Of a stretch of 64,000 nucleotides of DNA, positions 1 to 10,973 are shown piece by piece; within the stretch, counting starts at the first letter, position 1, and each line of letters starts with the position of its first letter. Position numbers and translations under genes: made by a program. The notes beneath the pieces were generated by a model that saw only the letters and a list, made by a program, of their open reading frames with translations, did no database searches and had not been told where the DNA came from. The stretch is from a virus: positions 32,001 through 96,000 of IMG/VR virus record IMGVR_UViG_3300042891_000377, one strand, 5' to 3'.

Positions 1-2
1 TA

Positions 3-143
3 ATTAAAGATGAAAGTGGATTAGCCAGTGTAAATCATATTATACTTGCTGGCAATGTTGACAATGATCTGGGTGGTGCTGTCCTAGCTATGGACAATGG
101 AGCCATCCATATGATATACCGTGATGGGTGGAGAATAATCTAA
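3..143 (+). CDS. 3' end of a hypothetical protein (partial, runs off window start)
   Basis: Open frame from 3 (IKDESGLASVNHIILAGNVDNDLGG...GWRII) ending TAA 141-143, overlapping the next ATG (TAATG). Confidence 0.6.
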   Translation: MKDESGLASVNHIILAGNVDNDLGGAVLAMDNGAIHMIYRDGWRII

Positions 144-1888
144 TGACATATTTGTTTTCGAGTAATGTAGAAGTAAGCAACGATATTGGCAATCCGTTGC
201 CTATTACAGTAACCAACACCAACGGTAACATAGTAAGTTTGGCAAATCCATTTCCAGTAACCTTGGGTAGCAATAGTATACAGATTATTGGTAATGTATC
301 AATACCAACTACAGTAAACGTAGCATCAAGTCCGGACGATCCGGTACATACACATATTACAGAAATTGGTACCAGTGGCAATCTATTAGCATTAGGCATT
401 AATTATATGCCCATCGGCGGTAACGTCGGCATAATAGGCAATGTAACTGTTCTACAAGGTACTAATCCGTGGACTGTGAATGGTAGTGTTGGAATTACCA
501 GCATTGGTAATATTGATATAGGTAATACTAGTTTGCCTGTCAGGATCCAAGGTAACGTAAATGTAAATCCAATTTCAGTTACAGGTATAACGTCAAACGT
601 AAACGTCAATCCACTTTCTGCCACAGTGTCGGGTAACATCGGTATACTAAACACCAATGGTAATATAGTAAGTAACACTAATCCATTCCCAGTAACTGGC
701 AATTTAACTGCTACTATAACCGGAACTAGTACAGTAACACTAGGCACAGGATCAACAGATGCCTTTGGCAGACTGCGTACTAGCCAACCGTACACATTGT
801 TTGACAGTAGAGCAAGATACTACGATCATAATGACTTCAGTAACGTTAATGTCACTGGCGGAACAGTAGTTTATGACACCAACAGTTCCACGTTTCGATT
901 GAATGTAACTGCCGCCAATGGTTCTAGCGTTATAAGAGAAACAAAACGAGTGTTTCCTTATCAACCAGGTAAGAGTCTGTTAGTGTTAGCAACTTTCTGT
1001 ATGAACACACCTAAAACTAATCTACGTCAGCGTGTGGGCTATTTTACTACCAATAACGGTGTATACTTTGAAAACGACGGAACCTACAACTATCTGGTAA
1101 TAAGAAGTTATAGTAGTGGTGCGTTGGTTGAGGATAGAGTAAGACAAGATGCATGGGACAATCCATTTGCCGCATTAAATGTAGACAGAACACAGATTTT
1201 TTGGATAGATGTAGAATGGTTAGGTGTAGGATCTGTTCGTTGCGGATTTGTTATTAATGGTGCTTACGTGCTGTGTCATACGTTTCATCATGCTAACATT
1301 ATAGGCAATACTACTACATATATGACTACTGCAACATTGCCTGTACGGTATGAGATAACAAATACAGCAGCCACTGCTGGCACGAGTATGATGCGTCAAA
1401 TCTGTTCTACAGTTATCAGTGAAGGAGGATACAATGCCTTTACCTACAGCGAAACCGCAGGACGAGGTACTTCAGTATTAAGATTAGCAACAGCAGGAAC
1501 ATATTATCCCGTAGTCAGTATTAGATTGGCTAGTACAAGATTAGATGCTATTGTGTTGCCGAGACAGGTTGATGTTCTTAGTCCCACTGTAAACTACTAT
1601 CGTTGGAAGTTGGTGCTAAATCCTACCCTAACTGGTGCTACCTGGGCCGGAACTAGTACTTCGGGAACTATCGAATACGACACAGCTGCTACTGCTATAT
1701 CAGGCGGCACGGAACTACAGGCTGGCTATGTCAGCAGTAGAGAATTATCAGAGTTAGGAGCAGATGCTTTTGCCTTCCAATTAGGCAGAACACTAGCAGG
1801 AGTTAGCGATATAGTCACACTGGCCATGGCAGCAACATCAAACAACGCAGACGTGCTAGCGCAAATAGGCTGGCAAGAGATTACATAA
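143..1888 (+). CDS. Probable virion structural protein with N-terminal NP(F/L)PVT-type repeats
   Basis: ATG143 is coupled to the upstream stop; Thr/Asn/Gly/Val-rich repeats then DAFGRLRTS-containing globular domain. Confidence 0.55.
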   Translation: MTYLFSSNVEVSNDIGNPLPITVTNTNGNIVSLANPFPVTLGSNSIQIIGNVSIPTTVNVASSPDDPVHTHITEIGTSGNLLALGINYMPIGGNVGIIGNVTVLQGTNPWTVNGSVGITSIGNIDIGNTSLPVRIQGNVNVNPISVTGITSNVNVNPLSATVSGNIGILNTNGNIVSNTNPFPVTGNLTATITGTSTVTLGTGSTDAFGRLRTSQPYTLFDSRARYYDHNDFSNVNVTGGTVVYDTNSSTFRLNVTAANGSSVIRETKRVFPYQPGKSLLVLATFCMNTPKTNLRQRVGYFTTNNGVYFENDGTYNYLVIRSYSSGALVEDRVRQDAWDNPFAALNVDRTQIFWIDVEWLGVGSVRCGFVINGAYVLCHTFHHANIIGNTTTYMTTATLPVRYEITNTAATAGTSMMRQICSTVISEGGYNAFTYSETAGRGTSVLRLATAGTYYPVVSIRLASTRLDAIVLPRQVDVLSPTVNYYRWKLVLNPTLTGATWAGTSTSGTIEYDTAATAISGGTELQAGYVSSRELSELGADAFAFQLGRTLAGVSDIVTLAMAATSNNADVLAQIGWQEIT

Positions 1889-1973
1889 GATAATATCAAC
1901 ACTTAACCAAAACTCTTGACTATTATAAACTACCATGTTAAACTATCAGTTACAACTCAATAAATAATTAACT

Positions 1974-3596
1974 ATGTTATTTGGATTATTCATCTTAGCG
2001 GTGGCTTTAAGTATTTCAGCCGTGGCCGCATACTATTCCATAGCTGGATTAACAGCTATATTTGCCGCGGCTGTAGTGCCTATTATCATTATGGGTGCTG
2101 TACTAGAAGTAGGTAAAATTGCCGCTACTGTATGGCTACACAAGTTTTGGCATCGTGCTAACATACAGTTTAAACTTTATCTTGTTCCTGCCATTTTAGT
2201 GCTGATGCTGATTACCAGCATGGGTATCTTTGGTTTCTTATCTAAGGCACACATGGATCAAAACATTACGGTGGGCGATAGTGCCGCTCAAGTGCAGATC
2301 TTAGATGAAAAGATTAAAACAGAACAGGATAATATCAGCGTAAACAAACGAGCCCTACAACAAATGGATGCGCAAGTAGACCAAATGTTGGGTCGCACCA
2401 CAGATGACCGGGGTGCTAATCGTGCTGTGCAAATACGCAAGAATCAAGCTCGAGAACGTAAATCATTACAAGCAGATATCACTGCCGCACAAAAGAATAT
2501 ATCAGCACTGCAAGCAGAACGTGCTCCACTGGCTGCGCAGAATCGTAAAATTGAAGCAGAAGTAGGACCTATCAAGTACATAGCCGCACTGATCTACGGT
2601 GATAATCCTAACGCAGACTTACTAGAACGTGCTGTCCGTTGGGTTATTATCTTACTGGTATTTGTATTTGACCCATTGGCACTTATATTAATCTTAGCCG
2701 CAGAGCAAACTCTTATGTGGGCTAGAGAGGACAAGCGTAAGAAAGAAGATGAATACGAACTAGATGATGGCCCGTTAACTGACGAAGAAATTAGCACAAT
2801 AACTGCCACCGCTGACGTAGAAGACGTTGAAATGACTGAGAAGTTGTTTGACACCGAAGAAGAATTCTTTGCCCATGGTAAGGAAATAGCTCGAGAACTT
2901 GATGCTCAAGAAGATCGTTTACCTGATAACTATGCTAGTACACAAGCATATTTGCATACTCCATGGGTGTGGCCTGAACGTACTACAAATGAAGGACTAG
3001 TACCTAAACAACCTATAGTTGAAGATCCTTTAGATATTCCTATACCAGAAGGTGAAGAAATGTGGGCTCAAGAGGCTATTGACACTGACACTAGTAAACA
3101 GGACCTAGACAACGCTATTAGTTTAATTGCAGAAATGCAGTCTAAATTAGATGTACTACAAGCAGAGCACGATGCTAAACACGAAGAATTGGCGCAGATT
3201 AAATCAGTTGATCCAGTTACCCTAACAGACCATTTGGGCAATCCAATTGCCACATATTATCCACCAGTTCAACAGCAGGTAGTAGTACCAGATTTAAGTA
3301 TCAATGCTGAACTTGATGGTAATAGTGTAAGTGCTGGATTTGGTACAACCTTTCCAAAAAATCCAACCAAAGGTGATTTGTACCTAAGAGTTGATTATTT
3401 GCCTAGCAAACTATACAAATGGAATGATATCAAATGGATTGAAGTAGATAAAACTACTACAGATGTATATTCATATGATGTAGAATACATTAAACACCTA
3501 ACTAATAAAATAGCATCTGGCGAGTATGATGTAGATCTGCTTACACCGGCAGAGCAAGAACAAATTCAACAGTATATTAAAAATAACCCTCAATAA
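1974..3596 (+). CDS. Membrane-anchored coiled-coil phage protein
   Basis: 540 aa; N-terminal TM helices, coiled coil, further TM, acidic region. Confidence 0.6.
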   Translation: MLFGLFILAVALSISAVAAYYSIAGLTAIFAAAVVPIIIMGAVLEVGKIAATVWLHKFWHRANIQFKLYLVPAILVLMLITSMGIFGFLSKAHMDQNITVGDSAAQVQILDEKIKTEQDNISVNKRALQQMDAQVDQMLGRTTDDRGANRAVQIRKNQARERKSLQADITAAQKNISALQAERAPLAAQNRKIEAEVGPIKYIAALIYGDNPNADLLERAVRWVIILLVFVFDPLALILILAAEQTLMWAREDKRKKEDEYELDDGPLTDEEISTITATADVEDVEMTEKLFDTEEEFFAHGKEIARELDAQEDRLPDNYASTQAYLHTPWVWPERTTNEGLVPKQPIVEDPLDIPIPEGEEMWAQEAIDTDTSKQDLDNAISLIAEMQSKLDVLQAEHDAKHEELAQIKSVDPVTLTDHLGNPIATYYPPVQQQVVVPDLSINAELDGNSVSAGFGTTFPKNPTKGDLYLRVDYLPSKLYKWNDIKWIEVDKTTTDVYSYDVEYIKHLTNKIASGEYDVDLLTPAEQEQIQQYIKNNPQ

Positions 3597-3603
3597 CAAC
3601 GCA

Positions 3604-3611
3604 TATAAATA
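3604..3611 (+). promoter_or_regulatory. T4-type late promoter TATAAATA upstream of bS21
   Basis: Exact TATAAATA, then AAGGA RBS and ATG3638. Confidence 0.6.
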
Positions 3612-3637
3612 CATTTCAATAAGGAAGATAGTAATCA

Positions 3638-3874
3638 ATGGCACAACACGATTCAATGGTAAGAGGTAATACAGTTTACGTTAAAAATGATAACGTAGAA
3701 CAGGCAATGCGCAAATTCAAAAAGAACATACAGGACAGTGGACTAATATTAGATCTACGTGCCCGTGAGTCTTATGAAAAACCAACACTTAAACGCAAAC
3801 GCAAAGCGGCTGCGGCTAAACAACGTTGGAAAAAGAAATTATCCAGTCAAATGCTCCCAGCAAAACTATACTAG
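3638..3874 (+). CDS. rpsU: Ribosomal protein bS21
   Basis: V.VKNDNVEQAMRKFKK...RESYEKPTLKRKRKAAAAKQR matches the S21 pattern. Confidence 0.88.
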   Translation: MAQHDSMVRGNTVYVKNDNVEQAMRKFKKNIQDSGLILDLRARESYEKPTLKRKRKAAAAKQRWKKKLSSQMLPAKLY

Positions 3875-3883
3875 TAATATCCG

Positions 3884-5395
3884 ATGAATGTTTTAATTTT
3901 TGCTGACAATAGATTTCAAGCAAAACGATTAGGCATACTTCGCGCACCTGGCGCACACCGAATAGCAACACATCTACGTGAACAAGATATTAATACAGAA
4001 GTAATTGATTTCTATCTTGATTGGACCCAGGACGAAATTAAACAAATAATTGATTTAACAGTAAACAATCAAACACTGTTTGTTGGTTTTAGCTGTTCAT
4101 TGATGTTTGATGGTGTTAGTGAATTTGCCTACATTAGAGATTATATTCGTTCTCGTTATCCCTCAGTTGCAATTGTAATTGGTGGATATGGTACAACACA
4201 AAAAGGTTTTGACAATGCAGACTACTATCTTGAAGGATACAGTGAGTATGCGGTAACTGCATTAGTTAATCATCTCAAAGATTCAACAAATGAATTAAAA
4301 TTTAATGTTGATGACGCTGGTAGAAAAATAATCTACACAAAAGATTTATATCCAGTAAACAAACTAACCTCACTAAGAATAAACTACACACCGTCCGACT
4401 TTATACAAGGTGCAGAAACCCTGTCACTTGAAACTGCCCGTGGTTGTATTTTTAAATGTAAGTTTTGTTCATTTCAACTGCTGGGTAAAAAGAAAGTTGA
4501 CTATCTCAGAGACCCCGACGAAATACGCGATGAATTAATTCACAACTATGAACAGTACGGTACAACAAAATACATTGTAACTGAAGATACATTCAACGAC
4601 TCTAGTGATAAAGTTGACATGCTGTATAATATTACACAGTCACTACCATTTAAATTAAAACTTATGGGCTATATGCGAGCAGATTTGCTGGCCGCCCGAC
4701 CACAAGACATTCCAAAATTAATGGCATCTGGATTTGATAGTATGCACTTTGGCATCGAAACATTCAATGATCGAGCAGGGCAAGCCATTGGCAAAGGTAT
4801 GTCTGCTGTTAAATTAAAAGAAACATTAGTTAAGTTAAAGAAAGATTACCCACAATTATATGTGAATGGTACATTTATTGTAGGGTTACCTGGAGAATCA
4901 GAATCAGACATTAGGGAAACAGCACAATGGCTCATTGATTCTAAAGCAATTGATTTTTGGACATTCAATCCATTAATGATTCCAAAAAAGAACAAGTTAA
5001 TATATAGTTCAGAGTTTACTGATAATTATTTGATGTACGGTTACACTAAACTAAACGACGCTGAAGTTGACTTGGGTATGCAAACTAATCCAACCTTGTT
5101 GTATGGTTCTAAATTATTACCCTATATGGTATTATGGAAAAATAATTACTTTGATTACTTTGATGCTGCAATATTATCAAATAATATTAATCAGGCAGCT
5201 AACGCATTTAAGAAAGTAGATGCATGGACAACATTTGCTATTGCTGGCTTAGGGCATAATCTTGATCAGGTACAGCAATACAGTTATAATGGTGATAATC
5301 CGCTTGATCAAGAGTTAATTAACCAGCAGACCACTGATTTTATCAACAATTATAAAATTAATAAATTAAACTGGTTGACAACTAATGTAGTATAG
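3884..5395 (+). CDS. B12-binding-domain-type radical SAM protein
   Basis: ETARGCIFKCKFC (CxxxCxxC), EDTFN, FGIETFN, FIVGLPGE. Confidence 0.8.
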   Translation: MNVLIFADNRFQAKRLGILRAPGAHRIATHLREQDINTEVIDFYLDWTQDEIKQIIDLTVNNQTLFVGFSCSLMFDGVSEFAYIRDYIRSRYPSVAIVIGGYGTTQKGFDNADYYLEGYSEYAVTALVNHLKDSTNELKFNVDDAGRKIIYTKDLYPVNKLTSLRINYTPSDFIQGAETLSLETARGCIFKCKFCSFQLLGKKKVDYLRDPDEIRDELIHNYEQYGTTKYIVTEDTFNDSSDKVDMLYNITQSLPFKLKLMGYMRADLLAARPQDIPKLMASGFDSMHFGIETFNDRAGQAIGKGMSAVKLKETLVKLKKDYPQLYVNGTFIVGLPGESESDIRETAQWLIDSKAIDFWTFNPLMIPKKNKLIYSSEFTDNYLMYGYTKLNDAEVDLGMQTNPTLLYGSKLLPYMVLWKNNYFDYFDAAILSNNINQAANAFKKVDAWTTFAIAGLGHNLDQVQQYSYNGDNPLDQELINQQTTDFINNYKINKLNWLTTNVV

Positions 5396-5407
5396 TGTAT
5401 TATGATA

Positions 5408-5466
5408 AATAGTTATGTAGATGCCTAATTAGGGTCTACAACTATTACTTGCTTTTTATAAGGAGA
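5408..5466 (+). promoter_or_regulatory. Structured dnaK leader; ROSE-like RNA thermometer
   Basis: Long hairpin around TGCCTAATTAGGG, then CTTGCTT-tttat-AAGGAG pairing the SD with a bulged G. Confidence 0.55.
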
Positions 5467-5471
5467 AAACA

Positions 5472-7388
5472 ATGAGCAAAAATACAATCATAGGCATTGA
5501 CTTAGGCACCACTAATTCTTGTGTGGCCATTCTTGAAAATAACAAATCACGTGTAATTGAAAATAACGAAGGTGCTCGTACTACACCAAGTATCGTTGCT
5601 TATGGCGATGAAATTATTGTAGGTGCTAGTGCTAAACGTCAAGCAGTTACAAATCCAAAAAACACAATTTACGCCAGCAAACGACTTATTGGTCGCAAGT
5701 TTGACGAATCAGCAGTACAAAAAGACATTGACCTAATGCCCTACAAGATCGTTAAAAACGAAAATGGTGATGCTTGGGTAGAAGTAAATGGCAATAAATT
5801 AGCACCTCCACAAATTTCAGCAGAAGTATTGCGCAAAATGAAATTGACAGCAGAGGACTATTTAGGTTATGAAGTAACTCAAGCAGTTATTACAGTACCT
5901 GCTTATTTCAACGACAGCCAACGTCAAGCAACTAAAGATGCAGGCCGTATTGCAGGACTAGAAGTATTGCGTATTATCAATGAACCAACTGCGGCGGCAT
6001 TGGCATTTGGTTGTGATAAGGGCGATAAAAAAGACCGTAAGATTGCTGTGTACGACCTAGGTGGAGGTACATTTGATATTAGTATTATCGAAATCAGTGA
6101 TATCGACGGCGAAAAACAATTTGAAGTATTGTCAACTAACGGTGATACATTCCTTGGTGGTGAAGACTTTGACCAACGTGTAATGGAATACTTGGTTGAT
6201 GAGTTTAAGAAAGAGTCCGGCATTGACTTAAAACAAGATATGCTTGCTCTACAACGTCTTAAAGAATCAGCTGAAAAAGCTAAAATTGAATTGTCAAGTT
6301 CAACACAAACAGACGTAAACTTACCTTACATCACTGCTGATGCTACTGGTCCTAAACACTTGTCAGTTAAACTAACACGTGCTAAGTTTGAAAGTTTAGT
6401 TGAAGATTTAATTAAACGTTCAATTGACCCATGTAAAATTGCAGTTAAAGACTCTGGTATTGCAGTCGGCGACATCGATGATGTTATCCTAGTCGGCGGT
6501 CAAACACGTATGCCTAAAGTACAAGAAGCTGTTGAAGCATTCTTCGGTAAGGCTCCGCGTAAAGACGTTAACCCAGACGAAGCTGTGGCAGTTGGTGCGG
6601 CTATCCAGGGTGCAGTATTAGGTGGTGACAAAACTGATGTATTATTACTTGACGTAACTCCGCTATCATTGGGTATTGAAACAATGGGTGGTATTATGAC
6701 CAAGCTGATTAAGAAAAATACAACCATCCCAACTAAAGCAAGCCAAGTGTTCTCTACAGCAGAGGACAATCAACCAGCGGTTACTGTTATGGTAGCACAG
6801 GGTGAGCGTGAGTTTGTTAAGGACAATAAAGTACTTGGGCAGTTTAATTTGGAAGGTATTGAACCACAACGTCGTGGTCAGCCACAAATTGAAATTACTC
6901 TTGACATTGATGCTAATGGTATCTTAAAAGTAAGTGCTAAAGATAAAGCAACTGGCAAAGAAAACAAGATTACTATCAAAGCTAACTCAGGTCTAACTGA
7001 AGAAGAAATTGATGCAATGGTACGTGATGCAGAAGTTAATGCTGATGCGGATAAAAAATTGCGTGAATTAGTTGATGCACGTAATCAAGCTGAAGCACAG
7101 GTTCATGATGTTAAGAAAACTGTAGAAGAAGCCGGTGACTCGGTAACTGCTGAACAACATACTGCAATCAATGATGCTATTGCCGCTGTAGAAGAAGCCA
7201 TTAAAGGTGATGATGTAGAAGCAATTACTACAGCAATGACTAAACTAGCAGAACCAATGGCACCAATCTACCAAGCTAAACAAGCACACGAGTCAGCAAC
7301 AGTTGAACCTGGTCAGCAAACAGCAACAGATGCACAAGATGGTGTTGTAGATGCTGAATTCACAGAAGTTAACAAGGAGAGTAAATAA
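5472..7388 (+). CDS. dnaK: Chaperone DnaK (Hsp70)
   Basis: [37 protein letters not shown]. Confidence 0.98.
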   Translation: MSKNTIIGIDLGTTNSCVAILENNKSRVIENNEGARTTPSIVAYGDEIIVGASAKRQAVTNPKNTIYASKRLIGRKFDESAVQKDIDLMPYKIVKNENGDAWVEVNGNKLAPPQISAEVLRKMKLTAEDYLGYEVTQAVITVPAYFNDSQRQATKDAGRIAGLEVLRIINEPTAAALAFGCDKGDKKDRKIAVYDLGGGTFDISIIEISDIDGEKQFEVLSTNGDTFLGGEDFDQRVMEYLVDEFKKESGIDLKQDMLALQRLKESAEKAKIELSSSTQTDVNLPYITADATGPKHLSVKLTRAKFESLVEDLIKRSIDPCKIAVKDSGIAVGDIDDVILVGGQTRMPKVQEAVEAFFGKAPRKDVNPDEAVAVGAAIQGAVLGGDKTDVLLLDVTPLSLGIETMGGIMTKLIKKNTTIPTKASQVFSTAEDNQPAVTVMVAQGEREFVKDNKVLGQFNLEGIEPQRRGQPQIEITLDIDANGILKVSAKDKATGKENKITIKANSGLTEEEIDAMVRDAEVNADADKKLRELVDARNQAEAQVHDVKKTVEEAGDSVTAEQHTAINDAIAAVEEAIKGDDVEAITTAMTKLAEPMAPIYQAKQAHESATVEPGQQTATDAQDGVVDAEFTEVNKESK

Positions 7389-7825
7389 TGAAACAAGTTT
7401 ACACAACCCTTGATATTCCAAGCCTTTACAAATTTGCTATTGGCTTTGATGATTTGTTTGCACAACTGCAACACTTAGAGCAACGTGGTAAGGACAGTGG
7501 CTACCCACCGTTTAATCTAATTAAACTAAATGAAACTAACTACGCTATTGAATTAGCTGTAGCTGGTTTTCAAGAAAGTGAATTAGAAGTAGAAGTTGAA
7601 GATGGTGATTTAGTTATTCGAGGTACCAATCGTGTAGTAGAAGAAGATGCCGGAGAATACATTCATCGTGGCATTGCGGCCCGTGACTTTGTCAAACGCA
7701 TTAAGCTAGCAGAAGGTGTAGAAGTCAACTCAGCACACGTCAAGAATGGTATCCTTACTGTTAAATTAGAACAATTTATACCTGAGCCAGTTAAACAAAA
7801 GGTTGCAATTTCCTTCGAAAAGTAG
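7388..7825 (+). CDS. Small heat-shock protein (Hsp20/IbpA family)
   Basis: GFD...YPPFNL, IELAVAGF, YIHRGIAARDF, NGILTV. Confidence 0.93.
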   Translation: MKQVYTTLDIPSLYKFAIGFDDLFAQLQHLEQRGKDSGYPPFNLIKLNETNYAIELAVAGFQESELEVEVEDGDLVIRGTNRVVEEDAGEYIHRGIAARDFVKRIKLAEGVEVNSAHVKNGILTVKLEQFIPEPVKQKVAISFEK

Positions 7826-7890
7826 TAATATAATAATAAGGGTGGAGGAAACTCCACCCATCATTAACAAAACAAATAAAGAGAGCAGAT

Positions 7891-8199
7891 ATGGCCAAGG
7901 CAATTGCAAAAGTTAAAACAACTCCAAACTTATCAGTCAAAGAACCCAGTATGTACAAGGTCATTTATATCAATGACAATGTAACGACTATGGAATTTGT
8001 TATTGAAAGTTTGCGTGTGGTATTTGATATTGCCGTTGATACAGCAATTGAAATTACACAGACCATTCACGAAGAAGGTAGTGCAACAGTTATCGTATTA
8101 CCATATGAAATGGCAGAACAAAAAGGTGTTGAAGCAACACAACTTGCTAGAGCAAATGGCTTCCCACTTGTAATCAAACTTGAACCTGACACAAAATGA
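7891..8199 (+). CDS. clpS: ClpS adaptor
   Basis: PSMYKVIYINDNVTTMEFVI, IHEEG, ARANGFPL. Confidence 0.9.
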   Translation: MAKAIAKVKTTPNLSVKEPSMYKVIYINDNVTTMEFVIESLRVVFDIAVDTAIEITQTIHEEGSATVIVLPYEMAEQKGVEATQLARANGFPLVIKLEPDTK

Positions 8200-8681
8200 T
8201 CTTTAATAAAATTAAAGAACTCAAGCAAGAAGGTAAGAAAATCGGTATAACTTTTAGTACGTTTGACATGCTACATGCTGGCCATATAGCTATGTTAAGC
8301 GAAGCTAAAAATCATTGTGATTACCTAATTTGTGGCCTACAAACAGATCCAACTATTGATCGTCCTGATACTAAGAATAAACCTATTCAAAGTATTGTAG
8401 AACGACAAATACAATTAGCCGCGTGTCGCTATGTAGATGAAGTGGTTATCTATCAAACAGAACAAGACCTAATTGACCTGTTGCTAATCTTACCATTGGA
8501 TGTGCGTGTCTTAGGTGTTGAATATGAACACGAAGAGTTTACAGGGCGAGAGGAATGTATGATGCGTAACATTGAATTGGTGTTTAATGGACGTGATCAC
8601 AGTTTCTCTAGTTCAAGTTTGCGTAAACGTGTAGCACATGCCGAAACAATTAAACTATTAAAGGATGGGCATAATGGGTAA
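8196..8681 (+). CDS. Cytidylyltransferase (TagD/glycerol-3-phosphate CT-like)
   Basis: TFDMLHAGH (HxGH), YVDEV, R...SSS.LR. Confidence 0.85.
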   Translation: MIFNKIKELKQEGKKIGITFSTFDMLHAGHIAMLSEAKNHCDYLICGLQTDPTIDRPDTKNKPIQSIVERQIQLAACRYVDEVVIYQTEQDLIDLLLILPLDVRVLGVEYEHEEFTGREECMMRNIELVFNGRDHSFSSSSLRKRVAHAETIKLLKDGHNG

Positions 8682-8856
8682 TATTAAAGTTGGTTTATTA
8701 ATGATCATTGCATGGCTTGCATTAGTATGGGCAGTGTATGGTTCAAGCGTAGAACATATCACTATGAAATATGATTGTGCTATTGCAGAAATTAGCCCAG
8801 ATGTTCCACAAACTGTTAAAGAACAATGTAGGAAACTACAGGAAGGTAAGAAATAA
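8665..8856 (+). CDS. Small membrane-anchored hypothetical protein
   Basis: One TM segment then YDC.IAEISPD.P..VKEQC; coupled to neighbours. Confidence 0.6.
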   Translation: MGIMGNIKVGLLMIIAWLALVWAVYGSSVEHITMKYDCAIAEISPDVPQTVKEQCRKLQEGKK

Positions 8857-9389
8857 TGGATGTAATGTTAGACTTAGAAACACTAAGCACACGACCAGAA
8901 GCAACTATCTTAACATTTGGCGCTATTAAATTTAGCCCATACAATCAAGAGCCCATGACAGATGGTATCTACTATCGTATTAACGTTGATGAACAAATTG
9001 AGTTAGGCAGTCATGTAGACGAAAATACTATTGCATGGTGGGGCAAACAAGCAGATGATGTACGTGAAGAAGCACTTAGCCCAGAGAACCGTATTAGTCT
9101 TGAAGAGTTCACACAAAACTTAAATCGTTTCCTAGTAGGTGCTGACAATATTTGGGCACAGGGTCCGGTGTTTGATATTGTTATTTTAGAAAACTTATAT
9201 AGACGATTGGGCAAACCTTGTCCATGGCAGTTCTGGCAGATCCGTGATAGCCGTACTTTGCTTAGTAGTCTTGGTGACCCACGTGATAAAAACAAAGCAG
9301 GCCTGCACAACGCATTGGAAGATGCGGTTTCACAAGCACAGGCAGTACAAATTGTGTTTAATAAGTATAATATAATTAAACAACAATAG
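8856..9389 (+). CDS. DEDDh 3'-5' exonuclease (Rv2179c-like)
   Basis: MLDLETL, FD..IL, IRDSRT, HNALEDA. Confidence 0.85.
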   Translation: MDVMLDLETLSTRPEATILTFGAIKFSPYNQEPMTDGIYYRINVDEQIELGSHVDENTIAWWGKQADDVREEALSPENRISLEEFTQNLNRFLVGADNIWAQGPVFDIVILENLYRRLGKPCPWQFWQIRDSRTLLSSLGDPRDKNKAGLHNALEDAVSQAQAVQIVFNKYNIIKQQ

Positions 9390-9396
9390 AGAAATA

Positions 9397-10227
9397 ATGA
9401 ATATAGTCACTAAACTTAGTTCGGACACTAAAGTAAAAATTTTACAAGCGTTGGTGTATGTAATTTTACTAATTACGTTAATTACCGCGTGGAGTACTAG
9501 TTTATTCTTAGTTGGATTGGGGCTAGGGTGGTTCCTATGGTTAGCAGGTGTACACGGAAGCCTACACAAATATTCAAGTCATAGATGTTTTGATGCTAAA
9601 AATAAACTAGCTGAACATTTTATTTTGTTAATGGGAACACTTTGTAGTTTAGGTAGTAATATTAGTTGGGCTGCTACACATCGTAAACATCATCAACATT
9701 CGGACCAAGAAGGTGATCCTCACAGCATACACACTGGCACGGGCAGTTTTTGGCGAGCAGTAAAGATATACTTTTATTATTTTCCAACATACTTAATTAA
9801 TCCTCGTACAATTAAAGATCTAACAGTTGACCCGCTACATAAATTATATCACCAGCACTATTATAAAATTGTTCTTGCTTATGTATTAATACTAGCCGCC
9901 ATAGATCCAATATATGTAGGATATTTTTGGGCACTGCCTGTGTTTTATGTCTACACTGGAATCAGTTATATTACAGTAATGGCACACAACATTACTCTGC
10001 ACAAATTTATTGGTTATAAGAATTTTAAAACTACTGATCAAACATTTAACTGGCATCTAGCTAGTATTTTATTACCTGGTGAAGGTAATCATAATAATCA
10101 TCATGCTTTACCAGGTGCAGCTAAAAATGCCTTAAAGAAAGGTGATATTGATTTGGGTTACTGGTATTTAAAAATAGTAGGCAAAGTATCTACTAATCAA
10201 GATTATTATCAAAAGTTTGTTACCTAA
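9397..10227 (+). CDS. Membrane fatty-acid desaturase (delta-9-like)
   Basis: His boxes HKYSSH, HRKHH, HNNHH. Confidence 0.85.
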   Translation: MNIVTKLSSDTKVKILQALVYVILLITLITAWSTSLFLVGLGLGWFLWLAGVHGSLHKYSSHRCFDAKNKLAEHFILLMGTLCSLGSNISWAATHRKHHQHSDQEGDPHSIHTGTGSFWRAVKIYFYYFPTYLINPRTIKDLTVDPLHKLYHQHYYKIVLAYVLILAAIDPIYVGYFWALPVFYVYTGISYITVMAHNITLHKFIGYKNFKTTDQTFNWHLASILLPGEGNHNNHHALPGAAKNALKKGDIDLGYWYLKIVGKVSTNQDYYQKFVT

Positions 10228-10973
10228 TGACAAATTATAATAAAATTAAATTGGCTCAGGGGGTATCGGTATTAGCCACAATACTAACCTTGACATTTGA
10301 ATTTGATTTAACATTGTTACTGTTGGGATTAGCGGTCAGTTGGGTATTCTATTGTATAGGATTATCAATTTGTCTACATAAATTATCTAGTCATCGAACT
10401 TTTGAACCTAAAAACGCTGTAATTAAATACATTTTGTTATGGTTTGGTACAGTAGTAACTATGGGTAGTACTATTAATTTTGCCGCTGGGCATAGACAGC
10501 ATCACAGAATGAGTGATACTCCTGATGATCCTTACTGTTTAACCGGTACATTATGGCATAAAGTTAAACTATTCTTTTATTGGTTCCCAGCATATAAGAT
10601 AAGTCCGTTAATTATTAAAGACCTATTACGTGACAAGGATCATGTTCGCTTTAATAACAACTATTGGAAGATACTGTTACTTTATCCTATTATCTTATTA
10701 GCAATCGACCCTGTGTGGTTTGGATACTTTTATGCATTGCCTGTTACTTACGTATTGTTGGGCATGGGCTATGTAACAGTTATTGCGCATTTACGTTTAG
10801 GTAACAGACCCTACGACACTAACGATAATAGTTGGGATAGTAAACTATTTGCTCTATTGCTAGCAGGTGAAGGATATCATAATACTCATCATGCTTATCC
10901 AGGATGGAGCACCTTTGGCCCATTGGATGTTGCAGGGCACGTAATAGAATTAATAAGGAAGAAAGATGTCTAA
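10227..10973 (+). CDS. Second membrane fatty-acid desaturase
   Basis: His boxes HKLSSH, HRQHH, HNTHH. Confidence 0.85.
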   Translation: MTNYNKIKLAQGVSVLATILTLTFEFDLTLLLLGLAVSWVFYCIGLSICLHKLSSHRTFEPKNAVIKYILLWFGTVVTMGSTINFAAGHRQHHRMSDTPDDPYCLTGTLWHKVKLFFYWFPAYKISPLIIKDLLRDKDHVRFNNNYWKILLLYPIILLAIDPVWFGYFYALPVTYVLLGMGYVTVIAHLRLGNRPYDTNDNSWDSKLFALLLAGEGYHNTHHAYPGWSTFGPLDVAGHVIELIRKKDV

